DNA of 64,000 nt from Trypanosoma brucei (taxonomy: Eukaryota). The stretch covers positions 1,248,001 through 1,312,000 of the forward strand of contig CP000069.1 of NCBI GenBank assembly GCA_000002445.1, given 5' to 3'. Position numbers and translations under genes: made by a program. The notes beneath the pieces are model-generated. The model was not told the DNA's origin. It was given only the letters and a program-made list of their open reading frames with translations, and searched no databases. This document shows, piece after piece, positions 20,570 through 32,128 of the stretch. Position 1 is the stretch's first letter. Every line of letters starts with the position of its first letter.

Positions 20570-22201
20570 ATGCAAAACTTCCGTCACAACGTCTTCGAAT
20601 CCCCAACACGTTTGCGTACAGTCCCTCACTTTTCCTCCTCTCTGGGTGCTGCGTCTTCGGTAAAAATTTAAACGAGAAAGGAAAATAGAAGGGCATGCAC
20701 CCCCACCATAACGGTACAAGTACGCACAACCGCATCGACTCTGCGCGAGCAACCTTTGCGGCAGAACACAATTCCCAAACGCACACCGAGGCGAACATAT
20801 ACAGAAAAGTTAAACTTAGCCACTCCAACAAAAATAAAAATACCTTTCCCCTTACATGCAGAAGGTTACTAGGACTGTTGTGCGGTGAGACATACACCAG
20901 ACCACGCAACGAGTAAACGTACATGTGCATGCATACCGCACTGCCAAACTGGACAAAGAGGGAAGAAGGCAAACCAACCACGCCTACAATCCGCCTGCTG
21001 GGCTTCTACACCCTGTGCTTTGCCAAACACATGCACACGGGAAGATACACAAAGGAGGTTCCAACAGAAAAAAAAAAAAGTAACATGTTTGCTGCGCCAC
21101 TCCCACCTCCCGTTAACATCGGAGTGGTTTGGGCCCGAAGCAAGCCATTTTCATTTGAAAAGGCGTCCCAACTACGTGCATCGCTTGTTCACACGCTATT
21201 GTAATGAATGTGCATCTTGCTTGGGCAGCTCGGTTGTGGTGAAAAAACAGCACAAACGCAGCGTTCAATAAAAAAGGCTGCAGCACCGCACGGTGTTGCG
21301 AAGCGACAACCAGATGCCGTAACACAAAGCACGTCACAATCCTGCGCCCACAGCACATTTATGAAGTCGGGCCGAGTCCGCGGTGGCGTGTTACCCGCAG
21401 CCTCCCCTTCAAATTGAGACGCTGCTTCGCTTTCATTGTTGTATCTTATGAATTCTGCAGATTTCCCTGGTTGGTCACCTTGGGGTAGGTGTTCTATTCC
21501 TTATCACCCACTGCCAGCATACATAGTTCGTGTAAAGCCTACATCGCTTCAATGACATCTTCATTCACCACATGTCGAGCCGCTACCTTCACTGCACAGC
21601 CGTGACACAAAGAGCGGTGGCGCCTATCGAAAACAAAGTCACACTGTACAACCAACCTTCCCTTTTACTACGATAATAAACACCCCCTTCTGCTACTCCA
21701 ATGGTACCACCACCCTGACTGGAAAGGTCCTCAGTTTAAGTTGAAATATTCGCTGCCGCGTACATGCGAACACGAGTCAGGGCAAACGGGTAACCTCAAC
21801 ACAAGGCGCGAACCCCCGTTTAGCGTCAGCTTGTACAGAGAAAATCAAGCAGCACGACCACATTAAGGAACGGGAATAATCCCCAGAAATACGGGCGCGC
21901 CGGCCCTCTTGCCCTCTTTCGGAGCGATGCTAAAGGGTCGAAATCGGCACACCCATAGGTAATACGATAATGAACACGCACACCCGAACACTCAAGAAGG
22001 AGGAAAGAGGTGCAGATGACCAGCACCTACACCGTACATGCACTACCCGCTTACACGAGCACTGAAACTCCGATCAGCCACCGCCACTTAATCACAGCAA
22101 TAACGTAAGCGCATACTCCTCCCCTTGTGCAACCCACAAGGACAACGCACATTGCCCTCTCCACCACACTCTACTTCATACTGGTTTCATTTTTATCCGC
22201 A

Positions 22202-23506
22202 TTACTTCCTACGATTCAACCGCATGTGGGCACTTAGGAGGTGCCCTGCAGCCAACCCTGACATGAGCGACAGTTCCGCAGAAAGAACACCAGCCGCAAC
22301 AAGACGTGAGAGAAGCTGCGCGTTGGCCCCTGGTGCTTCCTTGTTCGACCCAGCACACCCGATCATATCTAAGCACCCACTCTGGGCTGGTAGACCCGTG
22401 CCACCACCAACTGTTCCCACCTCAATGCTGGGCATTGCGACCGAAATGAGCAGATCGTTCCCAACTTTAGACATTGTGGTGATGCAGGTGGAGGATTCCA
22501 CCACCTGCGCTGGGTCCTGCCCCGTCGCAATGAAAATTGCTGCAACAACATTGGCAGCTTGTGCATTAAAGCCACCAACAGAACCGGCAACAGCTGAGCC
22601 AACGAGGTTTTTGTCGATATTTAGTGACACAAGATCCTCAACGGTGCACTTTAATGTGCGCTCAACCAACTCGCCCCTTACGAGCGCCTCGGCAACGACA
22701 GTTTTTCCTCTCCCCTCAATCCAGTTCACTGCGGAGGGTTTCTTGTCAGTGCAGTAGTTCCCCGACAACGCAATAACCTTCATCGACGGAAAGTTTTGCT
22801 TTATTAACTCCAATGCCTTGTCGACACCTTTGGTTATCATGTTCATCCCCATCGCATCTCCGGTGGTCGCGCGGAACCGAATATAGGCTTTGCGACCGAT
22901 GATGACGCACTTGAGCGACTGCAACTTCCCAAATCGCGTCGTGCTCTCGAAAGCTGCTTTGATTTCAGTGAAATTTTCTACACAAAAATTATGAAGCCTT
23001 CCCGCCTCTTCCAAAGACTCAACCTCCACTACTGGAGCACGTGACATGCCCTCGCCCAAGATCAGTGTCTTACAGCCCCCACTTTGGGATATAGCTCGTG
23101 CGCCTCGATGTGTGCTGGCAACCAGGGCACCTTCTGTCGTGGCCATGGGAATGGGGTATTCACAGCCATCCATTATTATTGGCCCAGCCATACCAAGAGG
23201 AATAGGAACGTAACCCACAATATTTTCACAGTTCTGACCAACCACTCGATCCCATTCGTAGTTTTCAAATGGTATACGCTCCAAGCTTTTCCTCTTCACC
23301 TCCGCACTTTGGGAGGATGCCACATAGTCGGACACCACCTCACGACGCACAGCGATAGCGCGCTGGTAGTCGGGCTCCAGAGCCTGCTCTAACCCATAAA
23401 AGGTTAATTGACGACTGCTTACGGCTTTAACAAGCTCGGCATTGCTCATTGCGCCCCAACCCGTTTTGCCTGTCCCACAAGCACATGAGAGAGTCCTACG
23501 AAGCAT
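22202..23506 (-). CDS. HMGR: 3-hydroxy-3-methylglutaryl-CoA reductase (class I catalytic domain only, soluble), 434 aa from the first ATG
   Basis: Class I HMGR catalytic motifs (ENVIGYVPIPLGMAGP, PMATTEGALVAS, DAMGMNM, GTVGGGT). No N-terminal membrane domain, as in trypanosomatid HMGR. The track start at 23527 is TTG (plus 'caa'). The first ATG is at 23506 (MLRRTLS...). Confidence 0.94.
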   Translation of the reverse strand: MLRRTLSCACGTGKTGWGAMSNAELVKAVSSRQLTFYGLEQALEPDYQRAIAVRREVVSDYVASSQSAEVKRKSLERIPFENYEWDRVVGQNCENIVGYVPIPLGMAGPIIMDGCEYPIPMATTEGALVASTHRGARAISQSGGCKTLILGEGMSRAPVVEVESLEEAGRLHNFCVENFTEIKAAFESTTRFGKLQSLKCVIIGRKAYIRFRATTGDAMGMNMITKGVDKALELIKQNFPSMKVIALSGNYCTDKKPSAVNWIEGRGKTVVAEALVRGELVERTLKCTVEDLVSLNIDKNLVGSAVAGSVGGFNAQAANVVAAIFIATGQDPAQVVESSTCITTMSKVGNDLLISVAMPSIEVGTVGGGTGLPAQSGCLDMIGCAGSNKEAPGANAQLLSRLVAAGVLSAELSLMSGLAAGHLLSAHMRLNRRK

Positions 23507-24858
23507 TGCTAGTGCTTTTGACGACAAAATGCTTGGTAGCTAAAAAAAAAAAAAAATCTGCAAAAGTGGGGAACTAAAAAGTGAACAAGGGATATCAGAA
23601 TGAAAAAGTGAGCCTGTTATTCACTTTTTCCGGAGGAGCCTTCCCACCCACACACCCTCCAAAAAAAAAAACGGAACAAAACAGTTAGACTTTTACCACT
23701 CCCACGGAGGATAACCAATCCTCCCGACCGTGGACTTAAGGAACACGAAACAACACGTCAGGAAACCAGTGAACCGAACACTGGCAGTACCTTATGCGCA
23801 GTTATGAGCCTAGTGGCTGACCGTAAGGCACTAATGTGTACCTACGTACGTATATCGGTGCTAACGGGTTGCTCTGTCATCACCTGTTTGTAGGCCGGTC
23901 TGAAGCGCATCGAGCAAATAGTTGGAAGAAGACACGCCTAATCGAAGGGTCGCTACTCGTGACGTCCCCATCACCCATGACTAATGAAGTCTCTGCTTAA
24001 AGGAGTAAATTGTGGAAAACATAAACAGCTAGAGGTGGAAAAAAAAAATCTTGCTCTACGGCATGAAGAACAGAAACCCTTTTCGGCAGTGGCCAACGCT
24101 AATACAGTAGACAACAGAAAAAGTGGATTCAAGAGCAAATTATTGACAATGTTCGACCCTCTCCTCCCCTCATGCACCGCAAGCACATTACCCGGTTCAA
24201 GTATAAGCAGGCATCCTCATGTTACTGCTTCGCTCGGCTGCAAACCGAGTTAGGTCTGCCACGAACGATCGTGGAGCCAGTCGGTGAGAACATTGCCTTG
24301 GCGCCACTGCTTCTAGCAACTTGTGAATCGTCGGTTGATTCATTGAATTTCAAACCGTCGGGAAACAGCCACCCACCGTGAAACCGTAGGATTAAAGGAA
24401 CGTGCATAACGTTGTTGAAACTAAAATAAAAAGCACCTGCTTCCTGACGCAGACATCGTATTTCTCCCTTTGATATTCCTGTAGCGAACCAATCGATCCA
24501 GAGGGGCTTACAAAACAGAAGCCACAGAACACCCAAGACCAGGTAAGGCGTGTCGTGCAGCCCAAGCTGCACCGAAATAAAGATTACCTGATATATTTGG
24601 GATGTTGTAACCACTTCGGTAAATCCCGAGAAATTAATTCTGTACCGCTCCAAACACTACCGATGGGGCAGCAATGGTAAAAAGCCGAGCGTAAGCACAA
24701 CATCGAGAAACATCACCCCCTATGAAGCAAGTATTTGTGGCGGAACACCCCAAATGGCCACAGCATTACTTGCCTTGCCACATGCACATGACTAGAACAA
24801 CAGTTACTGGGTTGGGAAACGTTTGTTTCCACTCAACCTTTCATTTGCAAACCATTAT

Positions 24859-27264
24859 CTACAGGGACTTCCCACAAGTGATTTCGAGCAGAAGCGAACG
24901 ATAAAGCGCATTAACGTCGTCTAAACAGCATTTCTCGGACTCCTTGGCATTGTTGATGTCATCGAACCTCAGTTCCACTATATGGCTGAGCTGTCCTCCC
25001 TCTTCTAGTGGCCCAGTTCCACCCGAATTTAGCTCTACACCATCGGCAAAGTACGGCACATGTGTAGGCGGGAAACGAACAATGTCACCCTTTATCGTCC
25101 CAGAAACCCATTCCATAACTTCCCTGCGTTCCCGGTCAATCGCAGCCTGCCTTTCCTCTTCACGTTTTGTCTCGAAATCGTAGCTAACGTTTTCGTTCAT
25201 CCGCAGTGAGTGAATTAGTGCCAGCAGGTCATCCCGACCAATTGGGTGCGAAAGCTTTTCGACTGTTGACCTCATGCTCGCGAATACGTCACTTTCAACT
25301 CTGTCTGCCGCTGTTTTCAAAGAATTCAACTCCACCTCCATCTGCGTGTTCTGTGCCGTAACCGTGCTGATCGTCTTCTCCAACACTACAACTTGAGCCC
25401 CCACTCGGCACTCGTCCGCCTCATTTTGCTCCTTTGCCACCCTTAAACGCACACACATGGCGTTTAACTCAGCTTTCCGTCGCTGAATGGTGATGGATAA
25501 TTCTTGTGTAGCCGCGTCGGCCTCCACAAGAGCCTCATTCTGGGCATCCTCAATGCCCTGGAAGCGCCCTCTCTCAAAAGAATCTTGTGCAACCCTTTGC
25601 CGTTCCTCCTGGTACCTTCTTTCACGTACAGACAGCTCCTCAAGTAGCTCCTGCCGCAACTCACGAACATCCTCAGCACCCTTGCCACGCTCATCTTCTA
25701 TTAACTGCACGTAGTGAAGCTTATCACTCTCTATCTTCTGCCTCTGCTCCTCTATCTGACCTTCCTTCAGACGAATGTCGTCTGTAATACTGCGCAGCTG
25801 ATCGTTGAGAGTCGTGGCGTTTGATTCCATAATTTTCCGACGCGAGCTCTCCTCTGTATGGGCTGCTTCAGCTGCCGCGAGCTTCGCCTTATTAGTCTGC
25901 AACACAACTGATGCAACTTGTAGGCTTCGCTTCTCGGTCTTAATGTCCTGGTCAGTGACGTGAAGGAGTTGCTTTATTGAAGACAAATGACGAGAAACAT
26001 CTTCGCGTTCGGAATGAATTCTCGTAAGTTGAGCCTGGGCGTCTGCCAACCTTCGGTCCAAATCCAATTTATTTTCGTTAAGCAAATTAATAGTACTTTT
26101 TTTCTCTTCAGCAAGCATGTTGGTTGTTGCGCTAAATTTCTCAACTTTCTTTTGTAGATCTCTATTTTTCTCCTCCATTTGCTTCAGGGTGATTTCCTTC
26201 TGGGAAAGTAGTTCTTTGTTCTGCTCAGTGTCGCTCATGAGCTTCTGTACTGAATACTCGACTTGGGCGCTAGACAAACTGTGAGGCTTCGTGTCGCGTT
26301 CAAAGAGCTTGACATCGTTCATGAAGACATCGAGTTGCTGGCGAATGCTCTGCAGTTGCCTCGTGAGCAGTTCGGCGCAGTCGCGAAGCCGGTCAACAGC
26401 TGATAGTTGCTCCCTGTTAAAGCCAGCCGGTGGTGGAGGCACCGCGTAAGCCGCATCAGGACTCAAGTTACTTACTCCATCAGCTTTTTGACCTGACATG
26501 TTGGAAGGCGAAGTCAGAAAGGGAACAACCCCACTATTGTTTCCTTCACCGGTCAAAGTATCCTTTTTCTTTACCACGTGCATGAAAAAGCAGGTATGCA
26601 CCTGTGCCCCTGCCCCACGCCTGACCTTCGAGGGTACCACTACGAAACGAGACCCCTTCTCAGTCATTCCAATAAGCATACCCTCAAACCCCCTCATGTC
26701 TGGTGTAACACTGAGGTGGTTTGTTGGAACACACAATGCAACCGGTTTATCGTCGTGAAGATTTCCATCCAACTTGCTTCCGAGTGTGGGAAGTTCTTTT
26801 CGCGGATTTTCAGCTTGGATAACCCAACAAATATAACGAACCTTCACTTGATCGTTAGCGAGGATAATTCGATCCCTATTCCCCATGGTAACATCACAAG
26901 CAATAATACTCTGCTCCGGAGAGCCAGACACACCGTACATAGCTACAGTTACATGCGCACAGAACTTAATCGCCTCATCCTCTTCTTCAAAAAGCATAGA
27001 CCAGCACCTCCCTTGCTCATCCTTAAAAGATACGTATCCTCCTTCTTGTAGTGCGATACACGCACCCGTTTCATTGTTGGAAGTAATAACTGCAGTGCAC
27101 AGGTACTCACTCCTTTCGTCATAGCAACCCATTTTATAAATGGGAGGATCGGAAAGTGTACCGATAATTGTGCAACCCACCGGCCCATAATCTTCGTATT
27201 GACCACTTTTCTCATCAAAAAGATATAAATTAACTCTTACCAGACATGTGTGTTGGGCTGCCAT
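24859..27264 (-). CDS. Long coiled-coil protein with an N-terminal PH/WH1-like region and a degenerate FKBP-like domain (FKBP15/WAFL-like architecture), 801 aa from the first ATG
   Basis: The track start at 27327 is GTG. The first ATG is at 27264 (MAAQHTCLVRV...). Residues about 150-250 (VKVRYICWVIQ...DKPVALCV...MRGFEGMLIGMTEKGSRFVVVPSK) follow the FKBP fold pattern but lack the catalytic consensus. The C-terminal ~500 aa is continuous coiled coil. Confidence 0.7.
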   Translation of the reverse strand: MAAQHTCLVRVNLYLFDEKSGQYEDYGPVGCTIIGTLSDPPIYKMGCYDERSEYLCTAVITSNNETGACIALQEGGYVSFKDEQGRCWSMLFEEEDEAIKFCAHVTVAMYGVSGSPEQSIIACDVTMGNRDRIILANDQVKVRYICWVIQAENPRKELPTLGSKLDGNLHDDKPVALCVPTNHLSVTPDMRGFEGMLIGMTEKGSRFVVVPSKVRRGAGAQVHTCFFMHVVKKKDTLTGEGNNSGVVPFLTSPSNMSGQKADGVSNLSPDAAYAVPPPPAGFNREQLSAVDRLRDCAELLTRQLQSIRQQLDVFMNDVKLFERDTKPHSLSSAQVEYSVQKLMSDTEQNKELLSQKEITLKQMEEKNRDLQKKVEKFSATTNMLAEEKKSTINLLNENKLDLDRRLADAQAQLTRIHSEREDVSRHLSSIKQLLHVTDQDIKTEKRSLQVASVVLQTNKAKLAAAEAAHTEESSRRKIMESNATTLNDQLRSITDDIRLKEGQIEEQRQKIESDKLHYVQLIEDERGKGAEDVRELRQELLEELSVRERRYQEERQRVAQDSFERGRFQGIEDAQNEALVEADAATQELSITIQRRKAELNAMCVRLRVAKEQNEADECRVGAQVVVLEKTISTVTAQNTQMEVELNSLKTAADRVESDVFASMRSTVEKLSHPIGRDDLLALIHSLRMNENVSYDFETKREEERQAAIDRERREVMEWVSGTIKGDIVRFPPTHVPYFADGVELNSGGTGPLEEGGQLSHIVELRFDDINNAKESEKCCLDDVNALYRSLLLEITCGKSL

Positions 27265-27567
27265 ATCATTCGACGAAGGGTAGACCCCCTGTTTCACTGG
27301 AACCGCTGTTTGCTTTTCTTTCTTCACCAGAAAGCAGTACGAAAAGAGAGTTGCAGCAACAAACCAGTCCTCCTTAATGATATACTGCCTCGCTTATTAT
27401 TTTATTTTTATGGGGAAAGGGGGAAAAAAGCGGGGAAAAGTAAATGTTAAACCAATATGGCCACGGGGAAACAAGGTGAAGGGAGAGCATCTCGTTAAAA
27501 CTACTAAAAGAGCGACAAATAACCGAAAGCGATATGTGACGGTTTCTTGACGCTTGTTCACCATAAG

Positions 27568-28791
27568 TTACAAAGTGAGCCATTCCTCCTCGTTCGTTGT
27601 TTTCGCGAGTGCCGTGTAATCAACATCTTTAGGGTCCAGTTCTTTGTTGTAATTTGTCAACCACGGTATCAGCAAATTCGACTGCTCATTTGAGAGACGG
27701 AATACGATATCATTCAACCGAACGATGGAACCCTTATCAAGATACGTTGGGGGTAAAAGAAGGTTCCTAATCCGCACCTCAGAAGGTGGGATACCTAGAA
27801 CAAAGCACACGCGCCTTGCAATACCCTCCATTTGCCTGCGATGGGGTAGCTGGCGATTGCGCAACCACGGGTTGTCTGAAGCGATAATAATAAGAGTAAC
27901 ATCATTTCCATTGATGTAAAGAAAGTCGATTATTCCCTGGCAGCTGTCACCAGAAACCAGCGACTCTCTGCTAACACAGTAGTCAAACAGGATGTTATGC
28001 TCCCCTTTGTCACCTGTTACCAACCTCCCAGAGGCCCTTACATTTTCAGCCGTTTTACATTGTAAATACTCCATGTATCGCCTTAGTGACGAGCGGTAAC
28101 CCTCACTATAGTTAAAACCTAAGAAGTCATAAATAATGTCAATTTGACTGTAATTTCTCACAATATGAGCAACTAGCTCCTTAAAGGGGTTTCGCTCATC
28201 CACAAAAATATCATTTGTAACTGGATCCTCAGTGATATAGTTCGTAAACGCTTCATCAAATGTCCCCTGCCGCGCCAAACCATAAATGCAACATAATCGT
28301 TCCATAAACATAAAGTCCCTTGATCCGAATGCTTCCAACCGCATAAACGCGTCACGCAATAATGCCGCCTTATTCACTTCGCCCATCCACCGTAATTTCG
28401 CTACCTCTTCTTGCAGCCACGTCCTGTTCTTTTCTCTCACGACTTCCTTCGGAACCCCTGTCAAAGATGAAATCTGCAAAATATCGGCATTTAAGGCACC
28501 GAAACACTTTCTCCATCCGGACAAAATTTGCTTAAGGTTTTCCTGCTCCTGTCGGATCAATTCTTTTTGATCGTTCGGAAGATTGGGAGGAATGCGCATC
28601 TCCCACTTATTTAACTTCCAACTGAAAATTCGTTCCTCCACAAGTTCAAGCAAACCCAACTCATCCACTTTGCCCCCATCGGTCGCGTAAACAGAGGTAA
28701 CCTGGCTGTGTGTTAACGGGACAGCACCGTAAGTCGCGTGAGATCTTGCCGAGTTCCAACAATTTGCCATGAAATGACAAAACTTTCGCAT
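27568..28791 (-). CDS. Conserved hypothetical protein (407 aa)
   Basis: ATG verified at 28791. Globular-looking composition. No recognisable family. Confidence 0.6.
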   Translation of the reverse strand: MRKFCHFMANCWNSARSHATYGAVPLTHSQVTSVYATDGGKVDELGLLELVEERIFSWKLNKWEMRIPPNLPNDQKELIRQEQENLKQILSGWRKCFGALNADILQISSLTGVPKEVVREKNRTWLQEEVAKLRWMGEVNKAALLRDAFMRLEAFGSRDFMFMERLCCIYGLARQGTFDEAFTNYITEDPVTNDIFVDERNPFKELVAHIVRNYSQIDIIYDFLGFNYSEGYRSSLRRYMEYLQCKTAENVRASGRLVTGDKGEHNILFDYCVSRESLVSGDSCQGIIDFLYINGNDVTLIIIASDNPWLRNRQLPHRRQMEGIARRVCFVLGIPPSEVRIRNLLLPPTYLDKGSIVRLNDIVFRLSNEQSNLLIPWLTNYNKELDPKDVDYTALAKTTNEEEWLTL

Positions 28792-29155
28792 CTTCTTCCT
28801 TTCTAACGTTCATACACATGTGAATACGTTGACGCCATTTATTGTCGTTTCAGTGGCAGGTAAACAAAAAAAAAACATTGTAAAAGGGTCAGCACGTATA
28901 TACTTACGTATGACAGACCTTACACAACTATGAATATATATTCCGTGTAGGGGAACCTCCACATACACACAAAAACAACAGCTGATGTAAAAAGGGGTGT
29001 CAACTTTCTAAAGAACAAAACTTCTATCTCCTGTTAAGGATACAGATTCACTACAATAGGTCACCTCCACAATCACTTCCGCTATTTTCCTTCACCAAAC
29101 TTACTTTCCCACACCTCCATAACATATGAACTTGTCTCGACTTTTTAAAAAAAAA

Positions 29156-29581
29156 TCAGTACGACTCCTTTGTGTGAATGTGTCGCAGCCACTCCGCGTC
29201 CAATACGCTGCCACCCCACTCAATATAATGATTATCCATTGGATAGTGCATTGTATAGTCCAAAAAGGGCTTTTCTCCATACTCGCCATAGTAATTCGCA
29301 GCTACCCACTTTGGTATACCAAATGGAAATATAAAGTAACAGGGGAAAAACCACATGAGGAGTCGACGAAGCATCTCCCAAGTGGTTTCATACTTCCGGG
29401 TGTCGCGGTCAATCCATAGTTCCTGACGCCCCCAACCCCAGAACATCCAGAAATTCATCTGGTACTGGGGGAAAACAGAAGTATTAGGTGCTTCACGTGC
29501 GTAGTTAAATGGATACTTGGCTCCCTTCGACATTTCGAATTCTTGATAACGGTATGATAGTCTTCTACATAATCTCAGCAT
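29156..29581 (-). CDS. Small conserved protein, possibly a mitochondrial membrane protein (141 aa from the first ATG)
   Basis: The track start at 29605 is GTG. The first ATG is at 29581 (MLRLCRRLSYRY..., presequence-like). One hydrophobic Trp/Phe-rich segment (NFWMFWGWG, MWFFPCYFIFPF). Confidence 0.45.
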   Translation of the reverse strand: MLRLCRRLSYRYQEFEMSKGAKYPFNYAREAPNTSVFPQYQMNFWMFWGWGRQELWIDRDTRKYETTWEMLRRLLMWFFPCYFIFPFGIPKWVAANYYGEYGEKPFLDYTMHYPMDNHYIEWGGSVLDAEWLRHIHTKESY

Positions 29582-29882
29582 TTTCCAAGATCCTACGTCT
29601 ACCACCCCTGGATTGGCAGGGAAAAGAAAGGTTACCTAGTGCGAAAAAATTGAAATAAAATCGGTGATAATAATACATATTGTTACGTAAGCTCCGCACC
29701 TGGTTAACACATTGGAACACTTCTGCCAACACTGCCTCACACATTAAGGAACCTTCGGCGCAGACGTGCAAGAAGTGGAAAATATCTTCATTTTTAACTA
29801 CAAATAAGAAATAGGTTCAACAAGTGAACAAAAAAACGAGCCTGTCACGATGACGAAGTTTTCGTGGAAGAAAAATAAATTT

Positions 29883-30167
29883 TCAACTATCTTCATCAAC
29901 CCCAAAAATACCTTCCCCCAGTTTCCACCAGGCTAGGGTATAAAACATGTGAAGATCATGATGTTTCTCAGCTTCATTCAAGTCGCTCCAGTTGTCACCC
30001 GTAATCGGCCAGTGATACATTGATCTATAAGTTGAAAAATACCACGGGATGTTTTGGTCTAATTTCTTTACGAATGCCGGTTCCTTCATGCCGTGGGGAA
30101 ATTCACCCCGTGTTGTTAACTCTAGATCGGCATACTTCATCCTGAAAAGGATGCTCCGTCGAAGCAT
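29883..30167 (-). CDS. Small hypothetical protein (about 94 aa from the first in-frame ATG); first ORF of the leftward array
   Basis: The track start at 30206 is GTG. First internal Met is MLRRSILFRMKYADL. Aromatic-rich (WYFSTYRSMYHWP). Weakly supported. Confidence 0.35.
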   Translation of the reverse strand: MLRRSILFRMKYADLELTTRGEFPHGMKEPAFVKKLDQNIPWYFSTYRSMYHWPITGDNWSDLNEAEKHHDLHMFYTLAWWKLGEGIFGVDEDS

Positions 30168-31025
30168 GTTTCCACCTTCTACCAACGGCAGCAGGGACAC
30201 TAACACTGAAAAGAAATAACACCAATGTTATAGCACACTGTGCAGAAGCCTACAGAAACGATATGCGAAACCTGCAGTATCTACACTTGAGCAACCACAA
30301 GATCCTAACAAAGCAGAGGAAAGCGGAATAAACAATGAACAAAAATGAAGGAGTATATAACAAACGCTAAAAATTTTTAAATTCAAACAGCAAACAAAAC
30401 AGAACCCTGTACAGCAACCTTTCAAAAGCTAAAAATACTACAAACACACAGAGGTATACAACGAAAAATATGCAACTTCGTATCCTCCCGAACATAGGGG
30501 TCACAGTGCAGTCCAGAAGAAAAAAAGTGTCATAACCATTTCAACGAAAAAACGAAAATATACCCACCCAATCCGGAACAAAGAACTACAAAAATATGAT
30601 ATTTTTATTTTACAAAAGGCCAAACCGACCACGCTAACGTACAAAAAGACGCCTCTAAACATCCTAAATAAGTGTTTATTATCCAAATATTTCCCGAAAG
30701 ACGCGGTGCGCTATTGATTCTTAGCAGCAACCCCAACCACAAATATGCAAATCCCACCACAGTTACAACAAGTACTGAAACGTTCACATAAAGTATAATA
30801 AAATTGTGATGTGGTGAAAGCAGACAACCGGTCGCCAGATATAATAACTTATCCCCCACAACAGCACCTACACTGACGCTTATATATAATAACCCTCGTG
30901 CAGGAGGGAACGAAAGGAGGTGTAGGTGATCAAATAAATAAAACCAATAACGACAGCAACAGTTAATATTGAATAGCATTGAGTCAGGACCAGTAGTACA
31001 CAGAACGGCAAACATATGCATATGC

Positions 31026-31047
31026 ATATATATATATATATATATAT
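31026..31047. repeat. (TA)11 microsatellite flanked by catatgcatatg
   Basis: Sequence atatatatatatatatatatat. Confidence 0.9.
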
Positions 31048-32054
31048 CTTTAAAAAACATAGTAAACATTGCCATTCGGTGACACAAACCGTGATCCCGC
31101 TTCTGCCCCTCAATCGCAAACCCACCATCCGTCAAATTCAGCTAAATCCACACAGGTACACAGACACAGGGAACGAAAAGAGCAATTCAAGTGGAGGACC
31201 CTCGGATGTAAGGTCCAACCGACTCATCTTCCGCCCACCCGCTACCACATCACACTCACCACTATGCCAGCACTCCTCCCCAACAACTTTAATGCAAGCC
31301 TGAAAGAAGCGCAGCTGTGGAGCACGGCAGGCAGGACCCCTCAGCAGTGGCCGACAACAACAACCACCACCACCGCATTTTAAGAACTTCAGGATATAGA
31401 ATCCCGAGGGAAATACCGTCGTACGCTGTTTGGTTCATGAGAAAATCGAAGTTCCCGACTCACGGTCACATTCACGGAGGCGAAGAAATCATCAATCGAA
31501 GGTCGGCCCAGGCACTGCCCGCTACCGGGAATACGAAGCAGCAAACAGGGGAGCCACATACAAAGGAAACAGGTGTCATAAACGGGTGACGTCTCAGGCC
31601 GCCGCCGACCCTGGCAACAGCATGGCAAACCCAACCGCGCGGCCAAGGAAACTTTTTTCCGCTGACGGGCAGAACGCCTGCAGTGGAGAAAGGGCGTATA
31701 AGCGAGACGAAGAGGTAGCTCCACAAATAGCGGAAGGGTGCGGACAATGTGAACGAATTAATACGAGCGGGCCGCCTGCCGCGCTACAGCGAAATCCATC
31801 CCTAGAACAGGCGAATTTACTCCTTCGCTACGGGACGCGGAGACCCCAGACTTGGAGGGTGTGGGTGAGTAAAGTTGATGGAAATATAATGAAACCCCTT
31901 AGTGGGAGGAGGATAAGGGCTAAGCATGGTAAAATCTCCAAGGAGTAGGGTCATGGAGGCCGTAGTTTGCCTTTGGAAGAGGAGAATAACCGGGAATTTG
32001 TGGTATCCAGACCAACCCACCAACACGGCTGGTCCCAGTGGTCGCAGCGGGCTG

Positions 32055-32066
32055 CCCCCCCCCCCC
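32055..32066 (-). promoter_or_regulatory. C12 on plus (G12 on the leftward-transcribed strand); candidate directional element of the leftward pol II start region
   Basis: Exact run of 12 C in gctgccccccccccccgtgg. G-runs on the transcribed strand are the recurrent motif reported at trypanosome divergent strand-switch regions (Siegel et al. 2009; Kolev et al. 2010). Confidence 0.5.
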
Positions 32067-32104
32067 GTGGAAATTAAAAAGCATCGGGGCGGAGGCTCTT
32101 GTGG

Positions 32105-32128
32105 AAACCCTCTAGACAAAGAGGGTTT
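32105..32128. other. Perfect 9-bp stem / 6-nt loop hairpin (aaaccctct-agacaa-agagggttt) inside a GC-rich island
   Basis: Exact inverted repeat read from the sequence. Confidence 0.6.

Noticed and set aside
20570-20752. TTG-initiated N-terminal 61 codons of the RRM-protein ORF
   Set aside because: Non-ATG start with a Cys/Arg/Gly-rich non-protein-like translation. The first ATG (20569) gives an N-terminus aligned with p14.
22125-22757. 210-aa plus-strand ORF antisense to HMG-CoA reductase
   Set aside because: Shadow ORF opposite a highly conserved catalytic domain.
31430-31948. 172-aa plus-strand ORF in the left GC-rich island
   Set aside because: Arg/Gly/Pro-rich low-complexity translation of GC-rich DNA. 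Wrong orientation for its side of the strand-switch region. No protein-like features.
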